64,000 nt of DNA from Fistulifera solaris (GCA_030295235.1 AP026126.1:744001-808000), one strand, 5' to 3'. Positions 25,868 to 38,952 are shown, counted from the stretch's first letter. The notes: a model not told the origin generated them from the letters alone. Numbers and translations are program-made.

Positions 25868-27836
25868 ATGCTTTCTTCGGCTTCCAAACGTTTTGCCTTA
25901 CATCAAGTCGTATCCAAACAGGCCAACCGGTGTCTTTCGACGATGAAAGGCGATTACACGGTCGTCGATCACACTTACGATGCGGTAGTCGTAGGGGCGG
26001 GTGGGTCTGGTTTGCGTGCCGCAATGGGTTTGAGTGAAGCCGGTTTTAAGACAGCCTGTGTTACCAAATTGTTCCCCACGCGCAGTCATACGGTCGCCGC
26101 ACAAGGAGGTATCAATGCGGCACTCGGAAACATGACGGAAGACGATTGGCGCTGGCATATGTACGATACGGTTAAGGGAAGTGACTGGTTAGGAGATCAA
26201 GATGCGATTCATTACATGTGTAGAGAAGCACCCAAGGCAGTGTTAGAACTGGAAGAATTCGGTATGCCTTTCTCACGTACGGAAGAAGGAAAAATCTATC
26301 AACGTGCTTTTGGGGGCAGTCCTTGAAATTTGGAAAGGGGGACAAGCGTACCGCTGTGCTGCAGCGGCCGATCGAACGGGCCACGCCATGTTGCACACAC
26401 TTTATGGAAGATCCCTGGCTTTTGATACCACCTACTTTATTGAATACTTTGCGCTAGACCTTTTGATGGATGACAACGGAGCTTGCGTCGGGGTGATTGT
26501 TCTTAACATGGAAGACGGCTCGATTCATCGTATTCACGCTAAGAACACAGTTCTGGCTACGGGTGGATACGGTCGTGCCTATTTCTCCTGCACTTCTGCA
26601 CACACATGCACTGGAGACGGTAACGCGATGGCGTTACGAAAGGGTCTGTCGAATCAAGACAACGAGTTTGTACAGTTTCATCCGACTGGAATTTACGGAG
26701 CTGGTTGTCTCATGACCGAAGGTTGTCGTGGAGAAGGAGGTATCTTGCGTAACTCGGAGGGCGAAAGATTTATGGAGCGATATGCTCCGTCGGCCAAAGA
26801 TTTGGCCAGTCGTGATGTTGTGAGTCGAGCCATGACGATGGAAATTCGTGAGGGACGCGGTGTTGGACCGAAGAAAGATCACGTAAGTTCAAACACAGAT
26901 GGTGGTTATCGATCTTATTGTTCGGTTTACAACTCTCAACGTCTCTTGATGTGTTGCTAAAAGATTTACTTGCACTTGGACCATCTCCCTGCGGATTTAC
27001 TTGCACAACGTTTACCCGGAATCAGTGAAACTGCTGCCATTTTTGCCGGCGTCGATGTTACCAAGGAACCTATCCCTGTTCTTCCGACCGTTCACTACAA
27101 CATGGGCGGCATTCCCACAAATCACCACGGAGAAGTCATCAAAACCGTATTTGACAGCAAGGGTAACTTTGTAGAGGATGGAATCGTTCCGGGCTTGTTT
27201 GCCGCTGGAGAAGTTGCCAGTGCCTCCGTACACGGTGCTAACCGTCTTGGCGCCAACTCGCTCCTAGATATTGTAGTATTCGGTCGCGCTTGTGCTCTTC
27301 GTATAGCTGAAACAAGCAAACCAGGTGACAAGATCCCTGACTTGAAGGCGGATGCTGGGTTCGATAGTATTGAATACCTCGACAATTTACGATACAAGGA
27401 AGGTACTTGCACACCATCGCAGGTTCGTTCGGAGATGCAGTCCACTATGCAAGAGCATGCTGCTGTTTATCGTACGACGGAGTTGCTCGAGGGAGGCGCA
27501 AAGAAGATTGACGAGGTTGTTAAGAAGTTCGATGACGTTTATGTGACAGACAAATCTCTTATCTGGAATACGGATTTGGTTGAGACACTCGAATTGCGTA
27601 ACTTATTGGCCTGCGCTTCTACAACCATGCATGGTGCAAACAACCGTAAGGAAAGTCGTGGTGCTCATGCTCATGAAGACCACCCAAATCGCGATGACGA
27701 GAACTGGATGAAACACACTCTGGCATACTTTGACCCTGAAACGGGAAAGACTACGTTGAATTACCGCCCTGTGCATGATTTCACACTTGATGAAGAAGAA
27801 TGCCAAGTTGTTCCTCCAATGGCTCGTGTCTACTAA
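25868..27836 (+). CDS. SDH1: Succinate dehydrogenase flavoprotein subunit; intron 26883..26963; homopolymer frameshifts near 26315-26341
   Basis: [58 protein letters not shown]; mitochondrial-type presequence. Confidence 0.97.
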
Positions 27837-28197
27837 CTTAGAATGAGGTCAAGACTGACTTTCGATAATGAATAAGCTTTGGTTTGTGGCTACATGTTAT
27901 CTTCGGTCTACTAAACGCCCAGAGTCTAAGCTCTTTAGACCCTTGCATCACTTCCCGACATTATGTGACCACTTCTTGACGGTCATTATTTTCGGTCACA
28001 AAGACCACTCCGTCTACTTATTCGCTTATAGTTCGGACAAGCTTTGACTGCACCATTGCCTTCACACTTTTTAACCTTTCCGTCTCAGGATAGGATAGGT
28101 CTTGGGATGATATGCCTTTCCAGTCCGAAAGCGAAAAGAACAACAAGAAGCATTGCAAAGCCTGAGAAGTAGTTGGACAAATAAAGACCTTAGCAAG

Positions 28198-28793
28198 ATG
28201 GGATTTAGCGAGGACGAAATCAAGGAGTATCAGGAGCTGTATGAGGCCTTTTCACAGGACAAGGACGGAAATGATAGAGGTACGGCTACGAAGCAAAATA
28301 AATCCACCTACTTGTCGCTGTGTTCTCACATTGTAACTTCTTAGGATACATTGAGGCAAAAGACTTTCGGGAATATGTGCGAATGATTGGAGGGAATCCA
28401 TCGGAGAAGAAGTTAGACGAGTGGGTCAAAAAGGTACGTGTGCGATTGGTTATAATTAATCTTAATACTGGCATGAAGACACCATCTAATCTCGAGCTCT
28501 TCATACTTTGTATTCAGGTTGGAAAGAAGATTGACTTTCAAACTCTTTTAAAATTTATTCCGACAGTTCTAGCGGAAGATAAAGATAGCGTTGAAGACTT
28601 GATTGAATGCTTCAGAGTATTCGACAAGGACGGTTCTGGCTTCATTAGCATTCAGGAGCTTCGGCACATTTATTGTGGAATGGGTGAGAAATTTTCGAAC
28701 GAAGAGTTTGCAGAAATGGCGAAAGACATCGACGATGGTAGCGGAATGGTTGCTTACGAGGATTTTGCAAAAGCCATTTTGTCTGGTGCTTAA
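28198..28793 (+). CDS. Calmodulin-family EF-hand protein, myosin light chain-like; introns 28280..28344 and 28434..28517
   Basis: Spliced ~148-aa product; canonical EF3 FDKDGSGFISIQEL, degenerate EF1/2/4, GGNPS and C-terminal FAKAILSG as in myosin light chains. Confidence 0.85.
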
Positions 28794-29621
28794 GAATATC
28801 GAGGATTCACTCTGCTCCAATGAATGAATTCAACTCAATTAACCCTGAGAATGAAGCCATAGCGCAACGTAACCTTTATTTAGTCATCTTTCGACTCTAG
28901 GCTCTCTTTTATTTTAGATGCGGAAGAATGTTGGTTAAAAGTAACATTTCCAAGACTTACTAAGTTCCCAGCTAGAGATAATAATAAGAATAATTTACAA
29001 GATTGATTACTATGATAGCACTGGAATATGAAACGTTGTTATCAAAGACCAAAGGATATACGAAGAAGTCGTTAAAAACCGACGTCTCGCATGAATATCC
29101 GAAACAAGCATATGTGACCTTTCGTCGGGAAAGATTGAGTTTGGATGGAATTTCACAAATAGGTGACATTTAGTTTTACGTGATATATCCATCTGCAATA
29201 GACTAGAGTCTTTGTGAATGCTTACATCGACAATAATCTCAGATTTTGAAGTTAAGATGACTGGTTTTAAAAGTCTAGAGTGGCTCTTTTCGTGACTGAA
29301 TAGCAGTGATGAATCTTGGATTTTGAACGATCGTTCGTAAGAAGCCGCAATTATCAATAAACAGTTGGATTTTGCGGAGATCCTGCAATTAAGCTCTTGC
29401 TTGCAATATGATACACTCGAGGAATAAGGAAGGGAGACCGATTAGTAACTATCATATTCCAAAGAGTCAGTGTGACTTTACGGCAAACAAGACACGGTAG
29501 TTCGTGACTCACCACCTCAATTTTTGACGACCGCAAAAGCATTGTGGAGATAACTGCTCATCATTGCTTTCGAAAGCCTTTGTTGAAATCGATACAAAAA
29601 CAGTTCAAACAGTCCATTCAA

Positions 29622-31469
29622 ATGCTGATTCACATTGAAATCTATTCGACAGAGTGGACACGAGGAGAACCGCCTCAGCAACAATTTCATGCATCTTTGG
29701 CGACTAGTAAGAGCAATGATCGTCTCCTCACAATCGGACGAAAGGATGGAGATGTTTTACTCACCGACAAAAGCGTATCGCGCGAGCATGTCATTTTAAA
29801 AGTGGCGAGTACTATTAATAGAGAAAAGACTTATCTGGCATCCACTCCGGAAGAGAAAGCAGCTTGCGAAGAAGACGATGACGGGCTGTGTTTAGTGCTT
29901 CACAATGTGGGAAAGCTAGGAACTTATTTATGCATGGAAGAAGACCGAGAGCACAATTCTCTAAATAACGGAGAAGATTCTTCTGGAACAGACGAGACGG
30001 ACGACGAAGAAGCGATCAAGGCGTCGCAAAAAGATCAAAACCCCGTAATGGTTTCAGCTGCAACAAAACAATTCTTTCACGGCAAACCGGTCCGTCTTAA
30101 AGAAATTTCATCACCTCTCGTCTTAAAAGCTTTATCAAAAAACGATGGGCGAGTTGTACTTCAATGTGGGAAGCTGGGAACGACTATTGTCTTGACGCGA
30201 AAAGTGATAGAAGTTTTGGTTTCCGGGACGGGTCCTCACGGTTACTCGGACTGGAAAAAAGCAAACTTTTATAAGCTAGGCTTACGACAGTCCAGCCGAT
30301 TCGTCCTTGGGCGTACCAGCATGGTTCTCAGTCAGAAGAGAAAACTAAGCCTACATCAGATTTCTGCGTGGTCTCGGAATCTTCCAATTGTGACCTTCGA
30401 TTATCTATACGCCTACGTCAACGCAAGAAAGTCGCTATCGGACCCGCTCTTTCCATTGAATCCAAAAGATTATGAACCAGCAGCAGATACTCACCAGTTT
30501 TGGGGTAACTTGGCAGATCCCAAGCTCTTGTCTTCTTGTACATTGCTGAGTACAGCAGAAAGTGACATGAAAACGCTGGCCGAAGCCGCTGGAGCCACAG
30601 TCGAAAAGCTTTACGACGAGGGTTCGAAAACCAGCACTGCAGAAATGGTAAAGCGTGCGCAGCTGATATTGGATTCGACTCCTCACTGTTTTGGTCTTTT
30701 CGAAAAACGACCAAAGAAGGTTGATACCGAATTGCAAGGGAAAGCGGAGTTGCGTCTCGTGAAGTCAGAAGACTTCGTCTTTGCCATCATGGAACAAGTG
30801 CTTCCGAGAGACACACAAGGAGAACTGATTGGTCGCATGAAAGCCAAATGTATTTCGTCGGACGTTAATATGGTGGAGGACGAAGATCTGTCTCCTGTGA
30901 AGGAAGTTGAAACTGATGCAACAGAAGTCGCGGATGGTAACGACCCTGTTGCACCACCTTTAGAAACCGACGACGCAGTTATGATGCAAGACGACTCGGA
31001 TCATCATTCCCTACCGAAAGGGCCACCGGACGGCATCGTAGTACAAAGTAAAGCTACGGAATCAAGGCCGGCAAGCCGTGCACCTAAACTTAGAAAGATT
31101 GCAACAGCCAGCGGTAAAGGTTGGTTCCGTGCAGCTCCGATGGATCGCAGAGCCTACATCAGATCAAAAGACACCAATCTTGCTGATCCTGACTCCCCGG
31201 TAGCGGTGGCTTTGACCGATATTTGTACGGATTTGATATTACCGAACCAGACCAAGCGACCATCACGCAATGCAAAAATTATCAGCGGACCAGACTTTCG
31301 TGCTTTTCGCAAAAACCGCATCTTATCCGTTCCTACCCATTCACAAATTGAGCTTCGGTCGGTTCTTCCGCGAGAAGTGGATCAATTAATAGAAGACTAT
31401 GAGGAGCAAGAGGTTTCCTTAGCAAAGCAAAGGATGCGCACGGACGATTTATTCAGAGATGCAAGCTAA
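29622..31469 (+). CDS. NBS1: Nibrin/NBS1-like protein (FHA + degenerate BRCT + Mre11-binding tail)
   Basis: FHA signature IGRK...DKSVSREH; C-terminal DFRAFRKN (cf. NFKxFxK) and TDDLFR (cf. ADDLFR). Confidence 0.75.
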   Translation: MLIHIEIYSTEWTRGEPPQQQFHASLATSKSNDRLLTIGRKDGDVLLTDKSVSREHVILKVASTINREKTYLASTPEEKAACEEDDDGLCLVLHNVGKLGTYLCMEEDREHNSLNNGEDSSGTDETDDEEAIKASQKDQNPVMVSAATKQFFHGKPVRLKEISSPLVLKALSKNDGRVVLQCGKLGTTIVLTRKVIEVLVSGTGPHGYSDWKKANFYKLGLRQSSRFVLGRTSMVLSQKRKLSLHQISAWSRNLPIVTFDYLYAYVNARKSLSDPLFPLNPKDYEPAADTHQFWGNLADPKLLSSCTLLSTAESDMKTLAEAAGATVEKLYDEGSKTSTAEMVKRAQLILDSTPHCFGLFEKRPKKVDTELQGKAELRLVKSEDFVFAIMEQVLPRDTQGELIGRMKAKCISSDVNMVEDEDLSPVKEVETDATEVADGNDPVAPPLETDDAVMMQDDSDHHSLPKGPPDGIVVQSKATESRPASRAPKLRKIATASGKGWFRAAPMDRRAYIRSKDTNLADPDSPVAVALTDICTDLILPNQTKRPSRNAKIISGPDFRAFRKNRILSVPTHSQIELRSVLPREVDQLIEDYEEQEVSLAKQRMRTDDLFRDAS

Positions 31470-32104
31470 GACTAGTTTTGACGAAATAATTGTGAAGCCT
31501 GAATGAATAGAGAATGGAGGGATGCACTCTTTAGCTTACATTCGCTTTGGTGATAGACGCTCTAGCTAGAAGTTATCAGCAGATGTCAAACGCGACAACC
31601 ACTAACTAACTTCAGATGTCACGTTTCATGTCACGGATGACCATTCAAAAAATCGTCCTCGCGTGTCGTAGGGGTTAACGTTTATTTCCTCAAATGCCAG
31701 TTGCCGGATAATGCCGTTAACTTAATGTTCGTTGTACTTTAGCATTCAGTGTCGAGGATTTCTTCCAAGTGGATTCTTTTGTCTACGATTTTGTTCCAAC
31801 GAAATGGCAGGCGACTCTACACCAAAGACCATACAAGGAGTATCAATCTATTTGCAAACTGTGACCATCCGGTAATGGATCCAGTCGGAGTTAAATCCCG
31901 CTTCCCCGCCTCCGCCATTTTCACCCACTCAGACTCAGATGCAAAGAGCAAAGAGACCGCCCACTCAGCACAGCACGCGTGATAAAATCCGAAGCTTTGT
32001 TACACAATAAAAACTCTTGAGACACGATACCCCCTTTGACGATAATTGGTAAACAATTTTATTACTATTGCCAATTCCTTTATAATTTATCTCATTCATC
32101 GACC

Positions 32105-33556
32105 ATGACGACGAAGGCCTCGGATATTAGTCAAGATGTTCCCATCTTTTTGCGAAGTAAGTTTTTCAATGCGGCGGTCACACCCGTACAGCATCTACTG
32201 TTTCCCACGTGAAGCGGATCGGACATTTCATTTCTTTCGATATTTATAGCTTCCTTCTTCTTTATCTTGCAATGGTTAGACCCTTTTAAACTAACTCTTT
32301 CCTCTTCCTCTTGCCTCGCTTTGTTATTCCTTTTAATCGTATTCAGAAACGTTTCATATGATCGATACCTGCGACGCCAGCATTGCAGGATGGTCCGACG
32401 ATGGTGAAACGTTTGTTGTGAAGGACCCCGTCAAATTTGAACGCACTATAATCCCTCAATTCTTCAAGCATTCGAAATTCAGCAGCTTTGTGAGGGTAAG
32501 TACGATCAAACGTCTGAGTTTGGTGGCTACAAGGCATTTATCTAACACACGTTGTTCCCGATCGTTCAGCAATTAAATTTCTACTCATTCCGTAAGATCA
32601 AGTATGTCGACAGCATTCGCATTGATCCCAAGTTGGAAGCGGAGACTGCAAACTTTTGGCGATTTCGGCACGAAAACTTTCGAAAGGGTCGACCGGATCT
32701 GTTAACGGAAATCAAGCGGATGAATGGCCAGAAAAGCAGCACCTCTCCTTCGGATAAAGCTCCCACAAAAGAAGTACAGACAATAGAATTCGAAAGTAGC
32801 ACCGAAGTAGAAGTTCAAACGCTCAAGAAGCGCATTGAAGAGATGACGAAGAATATCGATAGCCTCACGGCGATGGTGGAGAAAGTTAGTCTCAAGCAGG
32901 AGGAACAAGGGAGCAAACCGACCGTGAATGATAATGTTCCTGTAGGATCGAAGCGAGTCAAAATGGATGTTTCGGAAGATGAAGATAAACCGGACGCGAT
33001 GCTTAGTAACATGGATCTTGATGATATGGTTCTGCCGGTTCTGTCCATCCCTGAGCCCGAAGCCATCGTACATCGAGAAACCACCGACTGTACGCAGGTC
33101 AGCGATAATCAGTTTGTTGACGAGCTTTTTAACGCCTTCACCGAGGACGACGAAGATTTGCTCATCGGATCATTGCATGGAAGTTCACAATCGAAGAATG
33201 AGAGTTGGGAAGAATCCAACCGACCAGACCCTGAGATGATGAATCGTCTCAGCAATGCCTTGGCGTTGTTGCCGAAGGACCTTCAATGTATGATCGTTGA
33301 TCGTCTTATTGCGGCCATCATGAGCTCTGATGCTCTTGAAAACAATTCTTTCATTGCGGCCGCCATTCAAGATGCGGAATTAAAGAAGGTACTTCCAGCG
33401 GATGTAACGCCTGCTACTCCAGAAGAAAAGACGAAGCCTTTCAATGTGGCAGCTGCTACACTTGCCGCCATGTTGCATCACTACAATTCTCAAGTCAAGG
33501 AGAAGCACCCCAAATCGGAACATAAATCAATTCCGGTCATCCCTGTTCATGCTTAA
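32105..33556 (+). CDS. HSF: Heat shock transcription factor; introns 32157..32346 and 32496..32569
   Basis: Spliced DNA-binding domain VPIFLRKTFHMI...WSDDGETF...FFKHSKFSSFVRQLNFYSFRK...FRHENF, followed by a coiled coil. Confidence 0.95.
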
Positions 33557-33791
33557 AGCAGAGCACCTGTATATATGATTTGCCCCAGGAACTCGTGAAT
33601 TGAAGAGATCTTTGAAGACACTTGATCTGCTTATTTTACATCATCTTTACGCATCCAAAACTGCAGGACTAAGGAATGCTAGCGCAAAAGGCGCTTGTTT
33701 AGGTCGCCCATCGGTCAGTTTTCTACATATTTTTATCTACGTAGCTTTCAACCTTTAGAAAAAGAATTTTTACCAATGACATTCGTTATAG

Positions 33792-36397
33792 CTATCTCTT
33801 CTTCTGTCCTTTTGCTTTCTTAGCAGCTTTTCGTTCTCGAGATGAACTAAATGATGACGATTTTCCTTCGCTTTTCACAGGCGAAAGTTCGCTCGGGCGC
33901 CCTTTTACCCGAGATAGGATATCTGCAAGACGACGACGAGAGTCGGGGACGCTCTTGTATCTGCAATGTCTTTATTCTCTTCCCATATGCTATCATAGTC
34001 CCAGACACCGATCTCGTGTCGCTTGAGCACCAATGGTCGGGCAGTATCTATACCATTAGCTGAAGCGTTACTGGAATCACCGACAAAAGATGGCACGACA
34101 ACGATTTCATCAGGAGACGAAACGATATCCGACGAGCTCACGACTGTAGCCTGCATTCCATCCAAATCGCCTTCTTGAATTATCACAATCCTTTCTCCAT
34201 CAACAGGATTGTAATCGTTTGGTAAAATCTTGATGCCACGTTCCTTCAATCGCTCCTTCTCACTCTTCACCTGTTTTCTTACGACTCTCACTTGTGAAAT
34301 CGTTTCACCAACAATCTCAAGAGGGCATCCATTTTGTGGCTGGCTTAGCTCACGGTAGCATGCGTTCAATCTGTTTTCAAGTCTTTCAAAATGCTCATCA
34401 TATGAAGAAGCCAGTGAAAGCATCGTTCTACGGATTCGCTCCATATCTTCGCGGTAAAGTTCGGCTTGCGCTCGTGCTTCTTCGGCAAGCTGGATCTGTT
34501 TCTGTAGTGATTTGTTTAAAGCGTGATAGGCCGAAGCATCCAGGGCACTGTCGCCATTTTGAACAAGGAGACTTTCTGCTCTCTGAAGTACGTCCACAGG
34601 AAGTGGAGGAGAACAGCGAGAAGCTGCCCCGAGCGCATACGACTCCCCAATTATCCCATACTGGAGTTGAAACGCAGGCAGGCTAAATTTCGACCCCTGC
34701 TCAGCGTTTGGTTTGAGAAGTACTGCAGCACATTCATATTTCTCGCTTTCAAAAGACAGACTTTTCAGACGTTTTGAGTGAGTCGTTGCAATGACACGAC
34801 AGGAAGCAATAGCGGCTAGTTTGTTAAGGATTGCTTCCGCAATAGCCCCGCCAGCGTTGGCTTCTGTACCAGCACCGAGCTCGTCCATGATGATAAGATG
34901 CGATGGAGGTTGAGAGAACGCCCCTTCCGACAAAACCCGGTTTAGGATACCAGAATATGCCGATAATTGCGCTGTGAAGTGGACTGTCCATTTTCTAAGT
35001 CTTGTCCGTCACCGATGGAAACATGTAGGACATCGAAGAAGTCGACTCTTGGCCGATCATGCACATGAGGACTCATTGGTATTGGAAGACCGGTTTTAGA
35101 GAATACGGAAACGATGCCAAAGGCTTTTGCAGCTAGTGTTTTTCCTCCACCGTTCGGTCCACCAATTATCAGTACTCGTTTGTTGTCATTCATTTGGAGG
35201 TCTATTGGAACAACCATGTGGTCGCGTATGATTCGCTGGAGTAGGAGCGGGTGCCTGAATTGTTTCACTTGAATACATCCATTAAAAATCCATTGACGGT
35301 ATTTGACCACCAGACAGTACGCTGTAAGCAGCTTTCGCGAAGCAAGAGTCGATTTGCGCCACCGTATCTAATCCCTCATCGATAGCTTGAAGTTCGCTGC
35401 AAATGATCCGTACAAGACCATTCTTGATCTCTTCTTCTCGAGTCTCAATTTCGGTTGTCAAGTCAACTATTTTGGCTTCAGAAACACCACTCGACCTGTA
35501 TTCACTAAGCTTGTCTTCCAGAATACCCATAACCGGGAATTTATCGCGATTGATCTGAAAGGTGTACGAATTACGACCCGTTGGATCGGTAATGGACCTT
35601 ACGCGTACAACCTTTACAGAATCACGAATCTCTTCCCAAACCGGTTGAAGTGCTAAGGCATTGATCTGAAGACCGATGGCGGCGACACGAGGCATCCATG
35701 TTTGTCTTTGTTCTGCCCATCTATGAACATTCAATAAAGTCTCAATCACCTTTTCAGCCTGAAGAATATGCTCCAAAGTCCACTCTTCGATGGATGAGAT
35801 AAGCAGCCAGTCGTCGTAATCTGTCAAGGGTACCGATTTGGTATCGAAGGGTCCTGAGTCATCGCCATAAATTGGGGGATGAGTCAAGTTCAGACCACTG
35901 TCACAATTGAAAGCAAGAATAGCCTCTTCTGTCAAATCATACAACTCTCTTGCTTCTTGCACCGATTGAGCTATTGACACGCGCGACTGGGCCGTACTTC
36001 TTTGTCCTAGTCTTGTGTGATCGGATCGCGAGACACGACGGCGCTTGGCATGAACTGGTGAATTGTTAAAAAGAAGTGTGGGCACTGTAGTATCTTTTCC
36101 ACCGACATAACGCATGATTGTATTGTATCCGCGCCTTGTACCCGTATGAGCTGCAATAGCGCTGAATATGGGGTACAGGTCGAGCGAGCGGACTAATTCT
36201 GAAGAAAATCCCTCCACCTCATCGCTCTTGTCATCTTTTGAACCAAACAGAGCCACACCATCGGGTTCTCGAGACCATGTCTTCCATATTTTACTATTAA
36301 TGGAGTATTGTATAGTGGTGCGTAGAGAAATTGCCGACCAACTGAATGTAACAGTAGAGAGGGAAAGCAAATGCAGAATTACGTAGAATGACAGCAT
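33792..36397 (-). CDS. MUTS2: MutS2-like ATPase with N-terminal targeting signal (frameshifts near 35290, 34940 and 33940)
   Basis: RHPLL, VVPIDL, Walker A GPNGGGKT, IGDGQ..ST, Walker B MDELGAGTE, ATTH, GESYAL, coiled coil and KOW-like GERIVI; no Smr domain seen. Confidence 0.85.
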
Positions 36398-36750
36398 TTT
36401 GCAGACACAATAGACCGCCGAAATTCAAGCTTTGTCTGCACTACAGGTACAACATTACCACGCAATCATTAAGCCCTCGCAAACAAAGCTGACATAGAAA
36501 TCAAGACGAAATCAATGATATGGACCTGTTCTTCCGATGTAGACCTACAACTACATGGGCCGATGCCGAGTTTTGGCGTTCGTCTTCATTCCTCGTCAAT
36601 CGCCTCGTTCCAACGTTTAAAAGTGCGCGATGGTGGAGTCACACTACGTAGTAATTGACGAATTATTACTAACGGAGTACCGGTGGGTCGGAAAAGAAAA
36701 CAGTTACCAGGTACATCATAAAAAATCAAAAGTAGTCACATTGTCTACCT

Positions 36751-37728
36751 CTAATAGAGCTGAACAGTGCTCTTTACAGGAACGCCGTCCGACCATTGAC
36801 CCATATCAAACGCGAGGTCCGTAACAGCCGCTCCACCAATAGCTTGGTCGAGAGCAGACCATGTAAATCTCCAATCCAAGCTATCCTGTCTAGCCTCCCT
36901 CCTTTTGGCCAATGGCTGTAGATGATCGGCACTCAACGAAGGATGGCCGTGTTTGTCGCTTTGCGCTTGATACCAGGCCTTGCTGGAGCTGCCAAGCACC
37001 TCGTATGATGGGAAAATATCTTGTTCGGGGGCAATTGTGTCGTCATTACCATGGATAACCGCAATGGGAAATGTTGTACTAGGTGCCGCTTCTGGCACAT
37101 CCATGTCCTCTCCAAATCGAAAGAAAAAGAGAGTGGTAATAATGCCAGGAATGGCACTGAAACCAGCTGGTTGGGGGCTCGCAACAACGGCAGCCTCGAT
37201 CGGGTGGACGGTATTTAAAGATCCCCACATCATTGCAAATGCGCCTCCCATCGAATGGCCATATAAGAAAACTTTTCCCACAGACGCAAGTGAATCGAGT
37301 GCGTCAGTGACAACCTCCCCAGCGCGTTTGACCCATCTCGCCGGCGATGATCTTTGTGAGAGCTGCACTACCCATCCAAGTAACTTTCCACGAAATATTT
37401 CACAAGATCCTTCCTGCATTTGCGGGTAAATTACATAGTTCCCTTGTTTCACAAGATGCTCAATATGTCCTTCATAGAAGTCTGGGCTCGTAATTCCGAA
37501 CCCGTGTAGATATACAACGACATCATTTGGATCGGATTTGGGTATTTGGGGTGAATATATCCAAACACGTGTGCCATGTAAGCAGCTTCCTTGTTGTCGG
37601 ACCGAGAAATTCGGTGAAATGTATGTGAAATCGGGTTTGGTGGGTGGCTTCGCTTTTCTTCCAAAATCTGCTGTGACGAGATGGATCGGAGCCAGTACGA
37701 GCACAGTAATTATTCTCCAGACGAGCAT
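36751..37728 (-). CDS. Secreted alpha/beta hydrolase (chlorophyllase/esterase-like)
   Basis: VYLHGF, GHSMGG nucleophile elbow, HGNDD, ADH; hydrophobic N-terminus MLVWRIITVLVLAPIHLVTA; intronless. Confidence 0.85.
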   Translation of the reverse strand: MLVWRIITVLVLAPIHLVTADFGRKAKPPTKPDFTYISPNFSVRQQGSCLHGTRVWIYSPQIPKSDPNDVVVYLHGFGITSPDFYEGHIEHLVKQGNYVIYPQMQEGSCEIFRGKLLGWVVQLSQRSSPARWVKRAGEVVTDALDSLASVGKVFLYGHSMGGAFAMMWGSLNTVHPIEAAVVASPQPAGFSAIPGIITTLFFFRFGEDMDVPEAAPSTTFPIAVIHGNDDTIAPEQDIFPSYEVLGSSSKAWYQAQSDKHGHPSLSADHLQPLAKRREARQDSLDWRFTWSALDQAIGGAAVTDLAFDMGQWSDGVPVKSTVQLY

Positions 37729-38019
37729 CCCTTCATTTGGTTGTGCGCGTTCGAATACAAATCCCAAGTTTTTGTGTTTGTTTGTATCTACGAAACGAAG
37801 CGGTGGAAAATGTGCAACGTTTTCCAACAAACTTTGGCGAAAAGGATCTCACATCGGAGAGTACAGTGTGGCATGCTTGCTCTCTTGTCTAAATTAAAAA
37901 GTAGTCTGGACATGATCTTCTTGTATCTTTACGTACCGATGCGAGAAATGTACTTACGACTAAAAGTGGCACGCACGACTGAAGATTGACGGTATGAGAA
38001 ACGAGAACAACGGACAAGA

Positions 38020-38049
38020 AACGAGGACAGCGGACAGCGGACAGCGGAC
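38020..38049 (+). repeat. Short tandem repeat (GGACAGC)n in divergent promoter
   Basis: ggacagc ggacagc ggacagc ggac seen directly. Confidence 0.7.
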
Positions 38050-38310
38050 GCAACCCAGTGCAGCACAAGCGCAGCGCAGAGCGCACAAGGCACAAGTCAC
38101 ATCATTCTAGGACGGAATTTGGAATCTTGAAGAGTATCATTTCAATGCACCTTTCACCTTGCGTTTTCTTGAAGCTGCGAAGATCGCAGGACGCCTACGT
38201 TCGACATGTGGTAGAGATCCTACGTGAAACTGGCGAACGCCGTAGGTCATCCTATCTTTCTCAACATCTTCAATCATCACTTTCTCTCTGTCGAAGTAAA
38301 CGATAGCACC

Positions 38311-38952
38311 ATGATGTCACGAATCCTTGCTCTTTTTGCCCTTATCGCATCGGCCTCTGCCTTTGTCCCCGCCAGCACTTCGGCAGGTATGTTTGAACGA
38401 GACTGCCAGCGCAAAGCGTCGAGCTTGAAGCGGCGATGCAGCAACCTCCGGCACTATGCGGACTGTGCGGACTGTGCGTTGAGATTCTTATTTGCTTTCA
38501 AAGAAATCATGAGACGCATCTCTGCAGCAACACTGTGTTCATTGAACGTCGCAGAGAATGAACTATGAAATCTGAGATCGAAACAATCATCAAAATTCTT
38601 GCATTCCGAATCCTTTACGTCATACCTTTTTCTCACTTTACTCTTTGTTTTTTGAAATCTCACAGCTTTCGGCGTTGCCAAGAGCTCCAGCGCTTTGAGC
38701 ATGGCCATGCAAGTCCCTGATGTCAAGAAGGGTATTGCCGCTGCCGTCGCTGGTGCCATGCCCGCCATGCTTTCCTCCACTGCCGCTGTCGCGACCGAGG
38801 GAACAAATGAATGGTTCGGTGTTGACGATCTTCGTCTTTTGGGTGTTCTATTCATCGGTCATTGGTTCATCCTTACCCTGTGGTTCCAGGAATACGGCAA
38901 GTACGACGAGGAGGAGGACTTCTTTGGCGAAATTGACTACACACGCAAGTAA
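38311..38952 (+). CDS. psbW: Photosystem II PsbW-like protein; intron 38387..38665
   Basis: [18 protein letters not shown] (ASAF motif), second hydrophobic signal ending AVA, mature [12 protein letters not shown] (cf. PsbW STEGTG), one TM helix and acidic tail. Confidence 0.82.

Noticed and set aside
28800..29540. AT-richer intergenic stretch as a possible centromere or small ORFs
   Set aside because: Only moderately AT-rich by eye and short; the ORFs lack recognisable features.
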